A stretch of 63,890 nucleotides of DNA, filler included, from Choristocarpus tenellus KU-1152 (lineage: Eukaryota; Protista; Phaeophyceae): assembly GCA_964200185.2 (NCBI GenBank). It is 13 parts of 13 records of this genome, joined end to end, with 100 filler letters (N's around TTAATTAATTAA, not from the genome) between each part and the next. Parts side by side here need not be neighbours in the genome. Positions count along the whole stretch, not along the records: positions 8,639 to 14,444 come from CAXNAD020009710.1; positions 14,545 to 21,421 come from CAXNAD020007160.1; positions 21,522 to 31,994 come from CAXNAD020002907.1; 10 more parts are not named here. The stretch is one strand, 5' to 3'. The notes under the pieces are model-generated. The model saw only the letters and a program-made list of their open reading frames with translations, was not told where the DNA came from and ran no database searches. Shown here in pieces: positions 12,982-24,900 of the stretch (position 1 is the first letter of the stretch; each line of letters starts with the position of its first letter). The position numbers were made by a program, and so were the translations under genes.

Positions 12982-14444
12982 AGGTCTGTGAAGGAATACG
13001 GAAGCACAGTTTCATGGAATGCGAGACATGCCTTGGCAACGCAAGCATACATAGATGTGGCGGTCCCTGGATTTCTTGAAGTGGTTGGGAGAGGAAGCCC
13101 CAGACTTGACCCCGCCGACTCTTACGAAGAAGGTGTTGGTGCAGACAAACTTGGGAACTGAGGAGAAGACCATTGCGAAGACATTCCTAAGTGCGAACAC
13201 TTCGACATGTTCCAGGTGGATTAAGGTGCAGAAGATCGTCACTAACGTGTACATCCCCCTCTGACTGACGTGAGTAAGATGGTAGATGTTGCTTGAGCTC
13301 ATGTTGTATTGCGCTTCACTTTCATAGGTTACACACCTGAAATCCACAATCGCAACGCTCAATGGGGTGTATCTTGACATACACACACACATACAACACT
13401 TTTCTCGCTTCCCAGTCTTGTTCCCGTGTTCCTGGAGGAAAGTTGCGGTCTGGGGAGCAGGAGAGAGACTGCCTCCAGAAGCTGTGCGACCTGTTTTGGG
13501 AGGAACAGGAGAAATCGAGGATTACTGGGAGTAACATCGACCTTGTTGGAGGGGAGGAGGACGAAGGCGAATCTCCAGCGGCGACTGAGGCTAAAGTGGT
13601 GGGGTCTGAGTCAGAAGGTCTCACTTCCAGTCCTGCCAGCACCCCAGAAAGGCCCAGTGACGAACTACCCTCTCCTGGATCAGGAGGAGGGAGACCTTTG
13701 CCCCAGGTTTCCCCTATTCCCCCCCCTCCAAAAAAAATGCCAGATGCTTGGGTCCCTCCACATCTTCTCATGTTTGCAGTGTATATATACATATATTGAC
13801 CCCCGTCCAATGATATGCTCCAAGACTTTGACACGAGTGTGAGCGAGGGAACCCCACAAGAATGTTTCACCTCCTCATGTGACTTCAGGAAGGATGGGGG
13901 GTTGGTGGAGTCCTCTTCAATGGAGGTTGTGGAGGCAATGAGGAGATCCGGGCTAGCAGCAAAAACCCAGGATCGAGGAGCCGTCAGCAGTTACGGCGGG
14001 CTGCTGAGGAGGACTTGAAGTTGGAACGGGATCAAGGAAGAAAAGTAGGATGGATGACCACCTTAATGTACCCTCGTAGCACATTGGATGATGCGTCTAT
14101 AGGCATGAGGAGACATACAGACATAGTGGCAGAAATGGCAGAAAAGGCTTGTGCTAGGGAAGATAGGTGCAATATTGACGGAATGCTCAAGACTGCTAAG
14201 CAAGCTTGGAGGATTTTTCAGAAGAGTGGTGATACTGTTCAGGCAGAGTTCTGTAGGAAACGGTATGAGCAACCTAGTGGCAGTGAGGCTGGGCCAGAAT
14301 ATCGGTGGCGCTGGGATGATGTTGGGAAGTGGTAGGACAGTGGTTAAGAGGGGCTCGGGGGATTTGGAGCCAGACAGTGGCAAAGGGGGGGTTAACTTGG
14401 AGGCTTTGGGGGACAGGCAGCAGTAGTGGGACTTGGGGAATCCG
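12982..14444 (+). mobile_element. Repeat family D copy 1: intron-containing gene, probably a DNA-transposon accessory ORF
   Basis: Colinear homologue of 39241-40625 in inverted orientation; shared peptides GKLRSGEQE..C.QKLCDL.WEEQEK, MPD.WVPP.LL.FAVY and DGMLKTAKQ.W..FQKSGDTV.AEFCRK. Frames disrupted. Confidence 0.6.
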
Positions 14445-16547
14445 NNNNNNNNNNNNNNNNNNNNNNNNNNNNNNNNNNNNNNNNNNNNTTAATTAATTAA
14501 NNNNNNNNNNNNNNNNNNNNNNNNNNNNNNNNNNNNNNNNNNNNCTCTCGGCCCCGGCATCAAGGTGTGGGTGGGGGGAGGGGGAGGGCGGAGTGGTGTG
14601 GTGCTGTTGCGGTAGCTGCTGCTGCCCAGGGTTAGGGATAGGTGAGTTCAAAGGGCTGCACTGCTGATGGGAAGGATAAGGAATTACGATTAAAAAAACG
14701 GAACATTTTCGCAGAGGGTGTGTGTGAAAATGTTAATTGGCAACACTAAAGAAAGGAAGGGTTCGCAATGAAAGATTTCCATCTCATCAAAATTGCCGGA
14801 GTAGTGGAAGGAGGAGAGGGAATAGGGGGGAATGCAGAGACATTATAGTAGGGTTGCAGGGAATTATGCGAATATTTAGAAAAAATACAGGTTTTGGGAC
14901 TGAAAGAAGGTGTTTGGTAACCTCGAACGTGGGGCAACCCACAGCATATGCAGATGCATGTGGCAGCATAAAGGTTAAAGTCGTAACTCTTCTACCGTCC
15001 ATTGTACTGCCCTCTTAGAAGAATGCCTACTCCCTGCCTCTTTTGTAGGCTTGATTAACGTACTGAATACACCTCCTTTCATATAATGAAAGCTTAGGAG
15101 GGGGATGTAGGGGGAGTTTAAGAACAATCCACAAGGTTGATTCCATGCTCAGGAATTTCATGATGCTCGAAAGATATTATCAAGATGATGCTTGAGATAA
15201 ATTGTCGACCTTTGCATGAGTATATATGCACCGCACCCAATAGTAGAGACACTTGTCGAAATTCCACAGCCAACAACTAAAGAAAAGAAATCTCACCACA
15301 GGGCTCGGAGAACGTGATGTTACGGAACGCGAGGATGGAGACGGAAGTCGAAATGGGAAACGTGATACCCTTGCTCCTTGCTGTTGCTGAGGAGGCTTGG
15401 GACACAGGCATGGTCGCCTCTGCATTGTGGGTGATCCGGAAGGTGTGGAGCCTTGACCCTCGCCAGCTGGGCTGCAAGTGAGACTCTGACCAGAAAGGAG
15501 TGGGGTAGGGGTGGGAGAAGGCTAGGGTTACGCTCTAAAGAGGGATACTAAATAGGATCCCATAAGCAACTTGCAGCAGGGAGCAATATCATCATAACCT
15601 TGCCAGATGTCCTACCGTTATACAAATACCCTTATAGTGTCAAACCTAGTGCACTGCGATGTGTCTGTTACTCCTTACTCCAACTTGCAAGAAATTCATG
15701 CCCAAGAGCAGACACAGTCTTGTTGTGAGAAAAACTTGGGGAAGTTGTGGGGTGGTGAAGTCAGAGGCTAGGGAAGCTCTCATCTCTTCTACTTGGTGTG
15801 GAAATACAAATCCCCTTGCTGGGTATTTGTGGCGAAGCAGATACACTGTTCTAGCATTGAACCATCAAGCAATGAGGATGCTTCACGTAAACAATAAAAC
15901 TCTTCATCTCCATCTCCATCCCCCGTGATTTATTGTCCTTCCTCCCTTCCTAAGACCTGGCTTAAAGAGTTAAAGGAGTGTTTCACCTCTGCATTGGTTG
16001 GACTAGGCCCTACTGTAGTGCCTGTGCTGGAACTCTCTGACTCAAGGAGATCCTTCCAGTCCTGAAGACTCATGTCCACTCCTAGTTCACGTGCTGCATG
16101 TATAGCATATGAGGCAGGAAGTGGTGAGAGGAAATAATGAATCTTGAACAAGTGCTCATGATCAATCTTGTACTATTCATTCATCTGTGGGTGCAGACAG
16201 AAGAGCTTCTTTTGTGTATCACCGATTTCATTTTGTACTCCTTCAAGTCTTGTTTGCCGGAAATACAAAACAGATAAGGGCAAAGGGAGGTCCTGTGGAC
16301 TTCTTCTACCAGAATCGACAATAGTTCTTTAATGCATGACATTTGTTGATGTTTCTGCACCTATCTTTTAAAGGCAGGTCACTACTGGAGATGAATACTG
16401 AGCTATGAGGTTAGCATATTAGGGGTCGAGGGGTTACCTGGGCATAAATGTGTAAGCACACAGCTAGAGGTCTGGGTTCTTCACGTCAAGAACCTCATAC
16501 CATATCTACTGAGTATGTATTTCAAATAACCGAGAGGATTAGGGTAT

Positions 16548-16807
16548 GGCTCAAAGTATCTGGGGGGGGGGGGGGGGGGGCGCGGGCCAATTGGGGTCAA
16601 TTTTNNNNNNNNNNGGTTGGTTGAAGGGGTCGGGGGGGGGGGGGGGGGTAGCGGCTGTCCATTTGGGGTCAATTTTTTCATGTCACGATTCTTGGTTGAT
16701 TGGTTGCATATGTCGGATGGATAATGTAAATAAAAGTTTTCTGATTTTGGCCCAAATGGACACCTTGATGTAGACCCCCCCACAAACACACCCTCATACT
16801 TTGGGTT
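16548..16807. mobile_element. MITE family A2 spanning a 10-N gap
   Basis: Termini GGCTCAAAGTATCT / ATACTTTGGGTT; TSD GTAT on both sides. The left part is duplicated around the gap, probably an assembly overlap. Confidence 0.8.
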
Positions 16808-17327
16808 GTATACCAGGGTGCTGTACAATGATACCTACATAATACTCTTGATTGGTGCGTAGTTAGGTCAACAGTTAGAGGGGGGACAAGGCACCACGGA
16901 AAAATAATCACAATAGTGTTTCATTCTGAAGAGAGAGAGAGAGAGAGGGAGAGAGGGAGAAAGGAGCGCAAGGGAGGAGTAAGGGGCACCAATGAGCGCC
17001 TATCATATTTCAGAGGTTAGGAAGCAAAATGATAATTGATATAGAGGATGTTCAAGTATTCTAAGTTGGATGTGAATGTTGACAGTATCGTACGGAGACC
17101 AACAAGGGTGTCCTACTGGAGCGTAACACTCGTCAAATATCATAACCAAAAATTACATCGACAATTGAAGCACCTTCGACTAACACTTCATAGTAACAAT
17201 GTAGCACATACAGAACCAAAAAGCCAGTTCAATACCTATTCTATACAGAAAAGGTGCTTAACCCCCCCACCTCTCCACCCATACATCAATTAAAACGAAG
17301 CCACAGTCAACAAGAGGATCAGCTCAC

Positions 17328-18489
17328 CCATTTCCATAAGGTGTCGGTTGTGTCGCTCCATGAAGTCCCTGAATGTAGGCAGTTCATGAGCAACATAGAG
17401 CACGTGTTGGCCTGCTGCCTCACCCCGACCCACTCGCACTGCCTGAAGGATCAACGAGAGGATGCCACAGTATACACAATGAAACTGAAAATTGGTATGA
17501 GAAAATCAAGTGATCGTGTCTCCTACTGCAAACTTCATGCAATAGTGTCACATATGCAGAGACAATGAATGATGGCAAAGCAGGACAGAGTGGGCAATAT
17601 ATTGTGTATGCAGGTGCAATGACCAGGATTACTGGTGCGACATCCCCTGTAATTTTTTTTTGAAGATCAAACAAAGACAAATCTGTTATAAAAGGCATAT
17701 CTCAAACATTTTTTACCCACATCATTAGCAACAGCTATTGTTGGCCATTTCTTTGTGATATCTGAGGCAACAGACGCAAATCTTGCAATCCTCGATAGTT
17801 GGCAAGAAAGAAGAGGTTCAATCCATAGAAATGCAATCTTCTTGCCCTCTTCCCACATTTTCTGCCATACCCTCTTCTCTCTAAGGCCCTTCAAGGGATA
17901 GATGAATACACTTCCCCACCCTTCACCGTGTTGTCACCTCCTATGTATTGTCCATGCTATATCCTGCTACTCCAGATTTTGGTACCACTGTTAATCCAAT
18001 TTTATCAGCATGCCCTTAAATTAGTGCTTTATAGTACATCTAGAAGGACAGCATAAACATATCCTTAATTGTATCAACCCCCACCCTTACCCCCCTGTCC
18101 TTATCCTCATCTTACCTGAGCAAACTTCAGTAGAGTCACTGCGCCACGAACCTTGGTCTTTGAGAAGGGCATATCACCTGATACCTTTAGTGAATCTGGT
18201 CCCCCACCACTTGTGAAACCCAAGCCTAAACCCGTGCTCACGCCAACGCCAGTACTGATGACCACACCTGGCGTTGCTGTGGCTGAGCTGGTGGGTGAGG
18301 TACTGACAGAGGCATGAAAGACTCTGCCAACGAGCTCTTTCTCATCGCAGCCATCAGGCTCACGCCTCCGCAGGGTGCTGTAAATTGCCCTGTTATGTTG
18401 GGGGTTCAGGGTTATGGATGAAGTAGTACTCGGTATACCGTGTTGCAGACCAACTTGCCCTTCATAAACACATTGTATACAAAGTTCAC
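17328..18489 (-). CDS. Two exons of an uncharacterised protein (18489-18116; 17442-17328)
   Basis: 374-nt and 115-nt stop-free exons with canonical AG/GT sites (gtaaga, gtgagc) and matching phase: GELCIQCVYEGQVGLQHG...DEKELVGRVFH...FSKTKVRGAVTLLKFAQ|AVRVGRGEAAGQHVLYVAHELPTFRDFMERHNRHLMEM. Family not recognised. Confidence 0.65.
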
Positions 18490-18960
18490 CTAAATCCTAC
18501 CGAGAAGAAAAAATTATCAATAAACACAACAATTGAAACTATTCAAAACAAATGTGCATCTATACTTTCGTGCTCTTTGGCAACTTTGGCAAAGTTCGGT
18601 AATGTAAGAAAACGTACTTCTGTCAAGCACAACTCTATGAATGTTGTTCCACCAGAAAATAATGGACACAGAACACATTCTCAAACTTCGAAACATGTCC
18701 ACAGACTATATTGCATGTAATTCATTGTAAATTATTTTTGTGTATTGCGCATGTAGAAGGGGAGTGGACCTACAGCAACCTTATCTTTCCAACTAGGGCT
18801 AACGTTTCTACCAACAGGTATCGTGCCACTTGTCATTCCAGAACTACACTTCTATGCAGAGTTGAGAACCACTAAGTAAATCCTACGTAAATGGAAGTAG
18901 TAGGTTAAGTTCCCCCTCTTTCCATACCCTCCCTTCCACCGAAATATTAAACTCTGTAGT

Positions 18961-19217
18961 GAGTGAAAGTATCTTAGAGGGTACGAGTTTTCCCCTGTTT
19001 GTCCATTTGGGGCTTGGCTTCCCATGTTTTTTTTAAGATATTTTCCTACTCCAAAATGTTTCGGAGTAGATAAAATGTATACGTTACGGAAAGTGTGTCC
19101 GGAACAAGGATACTGACACTTCCTAACAAACACGACAGCCAAAATTACATCAAAATCACAACATTGGATTTTGATCTCCAAATGGACACGGCCCTACCCT
19201 CTAAGACATTTTAGGTC
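18961..19217. mobile_element. MITE family B, complete
   Basis: Same TIR with the right end mutated; 3-bp flank duplication AGT. Confidence 0.88.
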
Positions 19218-20179
19218 AGTCGAACATCAACCCAGGATGAAAAATGTTTCATCCCCCCAAACTCTAAATTACGTTTGTAGGAGGGACAAAGGCAGTCCAG
19301 AGATTTGAGCCTGATGACGTCTATGACACAAAGAGGACCCATAACCCCCCGATTACAAGGGAAAATGTTCAATGTTGATTGCCTATATCTTTGCAGTATA
19401 TCAAATGCCATGAGGTGGGTGGGCAAAGAAGCAGCTGATGCAAAAAATGCATCAGTGTGTGTTTTATTGATGCCCTGTGCTACACTCCAGAATATTGCAT
19501 GGAGTTGCAGTGGAGAACTCACAGGAAGCACGCTGGGTGCTCCTTCAAACCAGAACATTCTCGAGTGATGCCAAGATGGAGGAAATAGGGAATGTTGCCC
19601 ACCAAATTCATTTTATTTGCTAAATCCCACATAGACATAGTTCCACTGTTATGATTACAAGTAACTATTGGCACATATCCCAGTGAGGGGAATCTGTAAA
19701 GAAAAATGTAGTGCAATATGGTGGTTGCAATCGCACCAGAGGAGCACCTAGATTCAGGCAGTGCGAAATGAAAAATGGCAAAACCCTGAACCTTTGCTCA
19801 CTTGAGAAGTTCTTCATGCTTGGCAGGAGGCTGCATGACATCAGCACTCCTCTTCCTCAAGGCTGCCAGCAGTCCAGTCACACCACTAGCCCTTCTGCTT
19901 CCAGCCCTGAGAAAAAATCAGTCAAGCACTCATCCTTCAATGACTCCATGGTTCGAAGACTACACATCTAGATACCTGTAGAGAAAATGAATATACAGTC
20001 ATCACCCCACCACTCTACAATCAACTCAAAAAGGGTGACTGGTCCACACGGTCGTTACCCCAAAATGGTCTCTTGGAATACAACTCATATACTCCATGCA
20101 CAAAGCAGTGCAAGCTGAATGGGCAACTGCTCACCTATAGGATGTGTACTCTCTAGCAAAGCCGCCCCCAGGCTCATCA

Positions 20180-21230
20180 GGACTCCAAGGCTCTGCCCCA
20201 GACCACGACCTGGATCTTACTTTTGGAGGAGGCACCCACCCCTGACAGCACGAGATTAAATTTGGAGTCGTGGTGGAGAGTAGAATTGGGGGTTGAAGGG
20301 CGGGGAGGACAACCGAGTGATTCCAACAATGTAAACATTAGTAAGATCGAGGGGATTCTGGAGGTTTCAGAGTGAATAATGCTGAAAGACCTTTTGCACA
20401 CATGTAGACCTTAGTTTGTTCAGTGTCTCCTATCCCCTACAATTGACGCAACTGTAGTCTACACCTTTAGGTTGAAAGATAAGGGTGAAACTGAATATTG
20501 ATCGAATCTCACACGTATTATAAGTAACTATCTTGTCTCCAAGGGTGACCTGTGACGTATTCAGAGGTGGATATGACGGAGATATATCGCAGGGGATGGG
20601 GTTTAAAAAAAAATGAGGCGCTAGGCCCTACAGTACCCTTCTATTTTCTACTCCCCTCATTTCCCCCCCGCCCAAGCTCCAAACACACCACATACCCGGC
20701 CAACGACCCCAGCAGATGGAGTGATAGCCCTTCTTCCGCGTTTCCCAACTGTCATCCACCCCTCTGGTGCACCAGAGCCACCACCTACTCTTTCCCAGGT
20801 GCGCCCGGCATCAGGGCTGGGGGGCACAGGGTAACGACTTCCACTACTACCTGTGACAGCTGCGGTAGCAATTGCTGGTCTGCCATCCAATGAGAGCGTG
20901 TTGAGGATGATGTGTCCATGTGGGCAGAAGGCCCTCAAACGGCACTTGGCCCCATGGGGGCATATCTGTGTCTTGTATGCCTTAAGATTCGAAGGGAAAT
21001 AACAATAGATAATTTTTTCTTCAGAAAATAAATTGTAGGGCATCCTAGGATCTCCAATGTACTGAATGTGAGTTGGAGAAGAAATAATGAGAAAATGAAG
21101 AGGCTCTCCAAGACAGGTGAAGGATTGTGTTGGAGATTCATCTAGAATTACAAATATGAATTCAAACAGTAGGTGAGAGTGCCAGTATGACAAGCAGCTA
21201 GGCCTCAAAGGAAAGGGAAATATGAGGAGG
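20180..21230 (-). mobile_element. Possible retroelement ORF1 remnant with CCCH zinc finger
   Basis: LKAYKTQICPHGAKCRLRAFCPHGH plus WMTVGKRGRR; weakly similar decayed sequence near 16150-16300 (DLKEYKMK). Confidence 0.4.
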
Positions 21231-21356
21231 AGAACGAATGATGAACTTTTCCCAAAACGTGGTCCTGGATCTCCTAGTTTCTGTTCACTTCCAACCCACC
21301 ATGCAAAGGCTGTTCCACCTCAGTCATTGCAATCCTGGCAGGAAAGATCATGAACA

Positions 21357-21588
21357 AGCCAAGTATCTGGGGAGGGGGGGGGGGGGTCTACACCAGGGGG
21401 TCCATTTGGGTCATAACCAGGNNNNNNNNNNNNNNNNNNNNNNNNNNNNNNNNNNNNNNNNNNNNTTAATTAATTAANNNNNNNNNNNNNNNNNNNNNNN
21501 NNNNNNNNNNNNNNNNNNNNNAAAATCGCGACATGAAAAAATTGACCCCAACTGGACAGCCGCCACCCCCTCCCAGATACTTTGAGTC
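21357..21588. mobile_element. Two MITE A2 half-copies on either side of a spacer
   Basis: Left half 21357-21421 and right half 21522-21588. Flanks do not form a TSD, so they are probably different insertions. Confidence 0.75.
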
Positions 21589-21589
21589 T

Positions 21590-24500
21590 CGGGCAGATAC
21601 AGTTTTATCTGATAAGGAACAAGAACTCCTTGACCTTGGTGCTATAAATTGACCTGTGTTTTCACTCACTTCTGAGGAATTAGGCTGTGGGAATAATACC
21701 AGTGTTGAATTTCCACTTAAACCAGGTACAGTTCCTGTGAATCGTCCACCATATCGAAACACACCTAAAATCCGCGAAATAATCTGTAGCTGTGTGAAGG
21801 CATGGTAAATCAGGCAATAATACAATCCTCCTCAAGTCCTTGGGCGTCACTGGTAACCATAGTTACAAAACCTGATGGGTCTCCTCGATTCTGTGTAGGC
21901 TTTAGGTCCTCATTGAACAAGAATTTGTTCTATTTAAGACTGTTTGGTTACACTAGGGGGAGCAAAATACCTGTCGTGTCTCAATGTTCAGTCAGCCTAC
22001 TGGTAACTACCAATCACTGACACCTGCAAACGCCAAAAACTGCTTTTGCTACACTGGATGGGAAATACAAATTCAAATGGCTACCATTTTGTGTTGCTAA
22101 AGCACCATAGATATATCAATGCTTCGTGTCAGAAACAATTTCGACTCTGGGAACAAGTATGGGCTCACTGATTTATCTTGATGACACTGTACTAGCCTCC
22201 CCCAACGTGTAACCATCATATCCAACTTCTTCAGAGCGTAATGCCACGGTTGTAGCAAGGAGGAGTTACCCTTAAACCATCAAAGCTCAACATGGCTCGA
22301 AATCAATCCATTATTTTGGACACAAGGTCAGCCTGATGGTGTTGTTGTGTCATCATCAGATTGAATCCAGGCTACTACCGCTCTCTAACTCTGTGAAATA
22401 ATCTTTTCTGGGTTCCATGAATTTTGTTAGGAAATACATTCCCCGTTTGACTACAATAACTGAACCCCTCGTGTCACTCATAAGGAAAAGTTTAAAAAAA
22501 GTCTGGAAAGGACAAAAGTCTATCTCAACTTTGGGGATGATCTCAACAACAAAAAAATGAGCGTAAACATCTATTAACTATGATGCCGGTGTTAGGCATG
22601 CTAGATTTACTAGGGAGTTTTTATTCACTTGGGTGCTAGCGATGTTGGCATGGGAACCTTTTGGCACGTAAAAATGGGGACGATAAGTTTCAAATTGTAG
22701 CCGATCATAGTGCCCTTTTTAAGCGAACCCAAAGATGGTATTCAGCAACTAAGAAAGAATGTCTGGCTGTCATCCTTGCCATAGCACATTGGCACCTCCA
22801 TATATTTGGGGTTACGCTGTATACATACAATGCAAGAGACTTCCAATATGTTGACCAGGTGGGCATATCCTTGTAATCCTTTGACTTCACAGTTTTATAT
22901 TTTCTGGGACGTTTGCACTGCATTCCGGACATGCTATCCTGAACACAGTTGGAGGCATTTATGTTGGATGAAACACCACTACCGCTAGCCCTGCTGTGCT
23001 GCAAAAGAGGCCAAACAGAGTCAGATGCCTCCACACCCAGAGTTTACCCTGCATATGATCTACCTAGTGGATAAACTAGGTGAAATTACCAGAGTACAAA
23101 ACTAAACGGACGTATTCACTGGCGCCGTCATTGTTTTACCTACAGTGGACCCTCAAAGCTCAACAAGATCTATAGAGATTTTTTTTCAAATATTTGGCTA
23201 ACACCGAAAAAGACCTTTCAACAAAGAATAAAATAATGCATACCATGTCCTACGCTTTCATACAAGAAATGGAAGGCAAGTAGATGTTATGCAAAGCTTA
23301 TCAACCCAGTCACTTTTGGTGGCCCACTTTACATCAAGATGTCTGAACTTGGTGTGAAATGTGTTAGTCATGCCAAAGCAGAAAAACATCCCTCTCTAAC
23401 CTGTTGAGCCCTCGAGGGCATATACCAGTAACACACCCATTTTATAGAGGGGCAATTGATTTGGTAAATTACAAAGCACAATCAGGAAATGCATGCATGT
23501 CTTAACTGTTGTAGACCATTTAACATGGTTTAGTTTGGTTTGCTCAGTGCTATCCTTGGCAAACGAGATGCAACTGTAGCAAAAGCATTGCCGAAAAAGT
23601 GTTTTCTACATTCGACACCCCAGAAAACCTTAGACTCAGTCCAGGGTTAGGGAGTCGAAAATAAATTGATCCTGGAATGACAGAAGATCTATGAACACGA
23701 AAAAAACTCTATATTGACCTTGAAACGATTTGTAAGAAATTGCATGGCATGCTAGCTATGTATTCCAATATGAAACAATCGGATTGGGTGTCATTTTTGC
23801 CTTTTGAGCAATTGGCTCACAATACTGCTTGTAACACTTATGTTAAAGAAACACATTATATTTAATAATTGGGAGACATCCCACATTACCAATCAATATC
23901 ATTTTGGAAAACCAGAATCCGTGCCTATCCCAACCCAAGAGTACAGTAAACAGTGGATAATTTAAACTGGCATATGAACTTGCTAGACGGAATATTGGTG
24001 AAATGACTTTGCTCAACGAGTCCAAGACCACTGAACATTCCATTCCTATTTGCAAAGTTGGCGCTAAGGGGTGGCTACACAAACCCCACACTTCTGCAGA
24101 TAGTCTTAACCCCAAGTTGCTGTCCCCATGGAGAGGACCATCTGAAGTAAAAGAGAGGATAACTCTAGTAGTCTCCGAATGAAGGCACAGGTCAACTGTC
24201 GAGAAATAACAGTCCATATAGCACAACTTAAACCACACAGAGAGGGTCACCCTCCTGAACCAGAAATAGAACAAGGTTCAAGTGTTCGACCAACTTTTGG
24301 GTCATACCTTGTTGAGGGCATTGTAGACCATAAACCCGGAGGGTTTGTAAGTCTCAACCCAATTATTCATTCTGGCTTAGATTTAGAGGTTTTGCACCAG
24401 CTAGTGATGACCCAAAGTATCTGGGGAGGGGGGGGGGACTGCACCAGGGTGTTCATTTGGGCCATAACCAGGAAAAGTGCACTTACATTATACATACGAC

Positions 24501-24900
24501 GTATTCAACCAAATCACCCAAAAATTGCAAGATGAAAAAATTGGCCCCAAATGGACATCGGCCACCCCCTCCCAGACACTCTGAGCCTGATGTCTGGCAG
24601 AACACAAAAGATGTTCCTCAGCGTGCAGAGAAGGTTGAATTGTACAGATTACAACACAATCTGGATGCTTCTCCTGACCAAACTGTACTGTTGCTAAAGT
24701 CTTCAAAAGCTCCCTATGACCAAGATGTATCAATGCCAAAGTCTTCACGATCCTCTCCACCACCCCCTGCCACAACAGCTTAAGAACCTCCACTCTCCTC
24801 ACAAACGTGCTTTTGCTTCGAGCCCTCATGGTGATGTCCCTGTGACTACATCTATGTCACAACGTGGGTTGCCAGCCTGATACAGCATCAGACCCCACTG
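21590..24900 (+). mobile_element. Decayed Ty3/Gypsy pol (RT, RNase H, integrase, chromodomain-like tail)
   Basis: PVNRPPYR, SSSPWASLVTIVTKPDGSPRFCV, YSATKKECLAVILAIAHW, NPKLLSPWRGP and YLVEGIVDHK occur in Gypsy domain order, with many stops and frameshifts. Confidence 0.92.
24409..24587. mobile_element. MITE family A2, complete, nested in a Gypsy element
   Basis: GACCCAAAGTATCTGGGG / CCCAGACACTCTGAGCC; TSD TGAT (24405-24408, 24588-24591). Confidence 0.9.

Noticed and set aside
13322-13870. Long antisense ORFs over family D (also 39634..40185)
   Set aside because: Antisense shadows of the GC-rich coding strand; conserved splice signals indicate the opposite strand.
14545-17115. Further exons of the 17328-18489 gene (near 17110, 15300-15490, 14550-14660)
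   Set aside because: Open low-complexity frames exist, but the phase and choice of acceptor are ambiguous.
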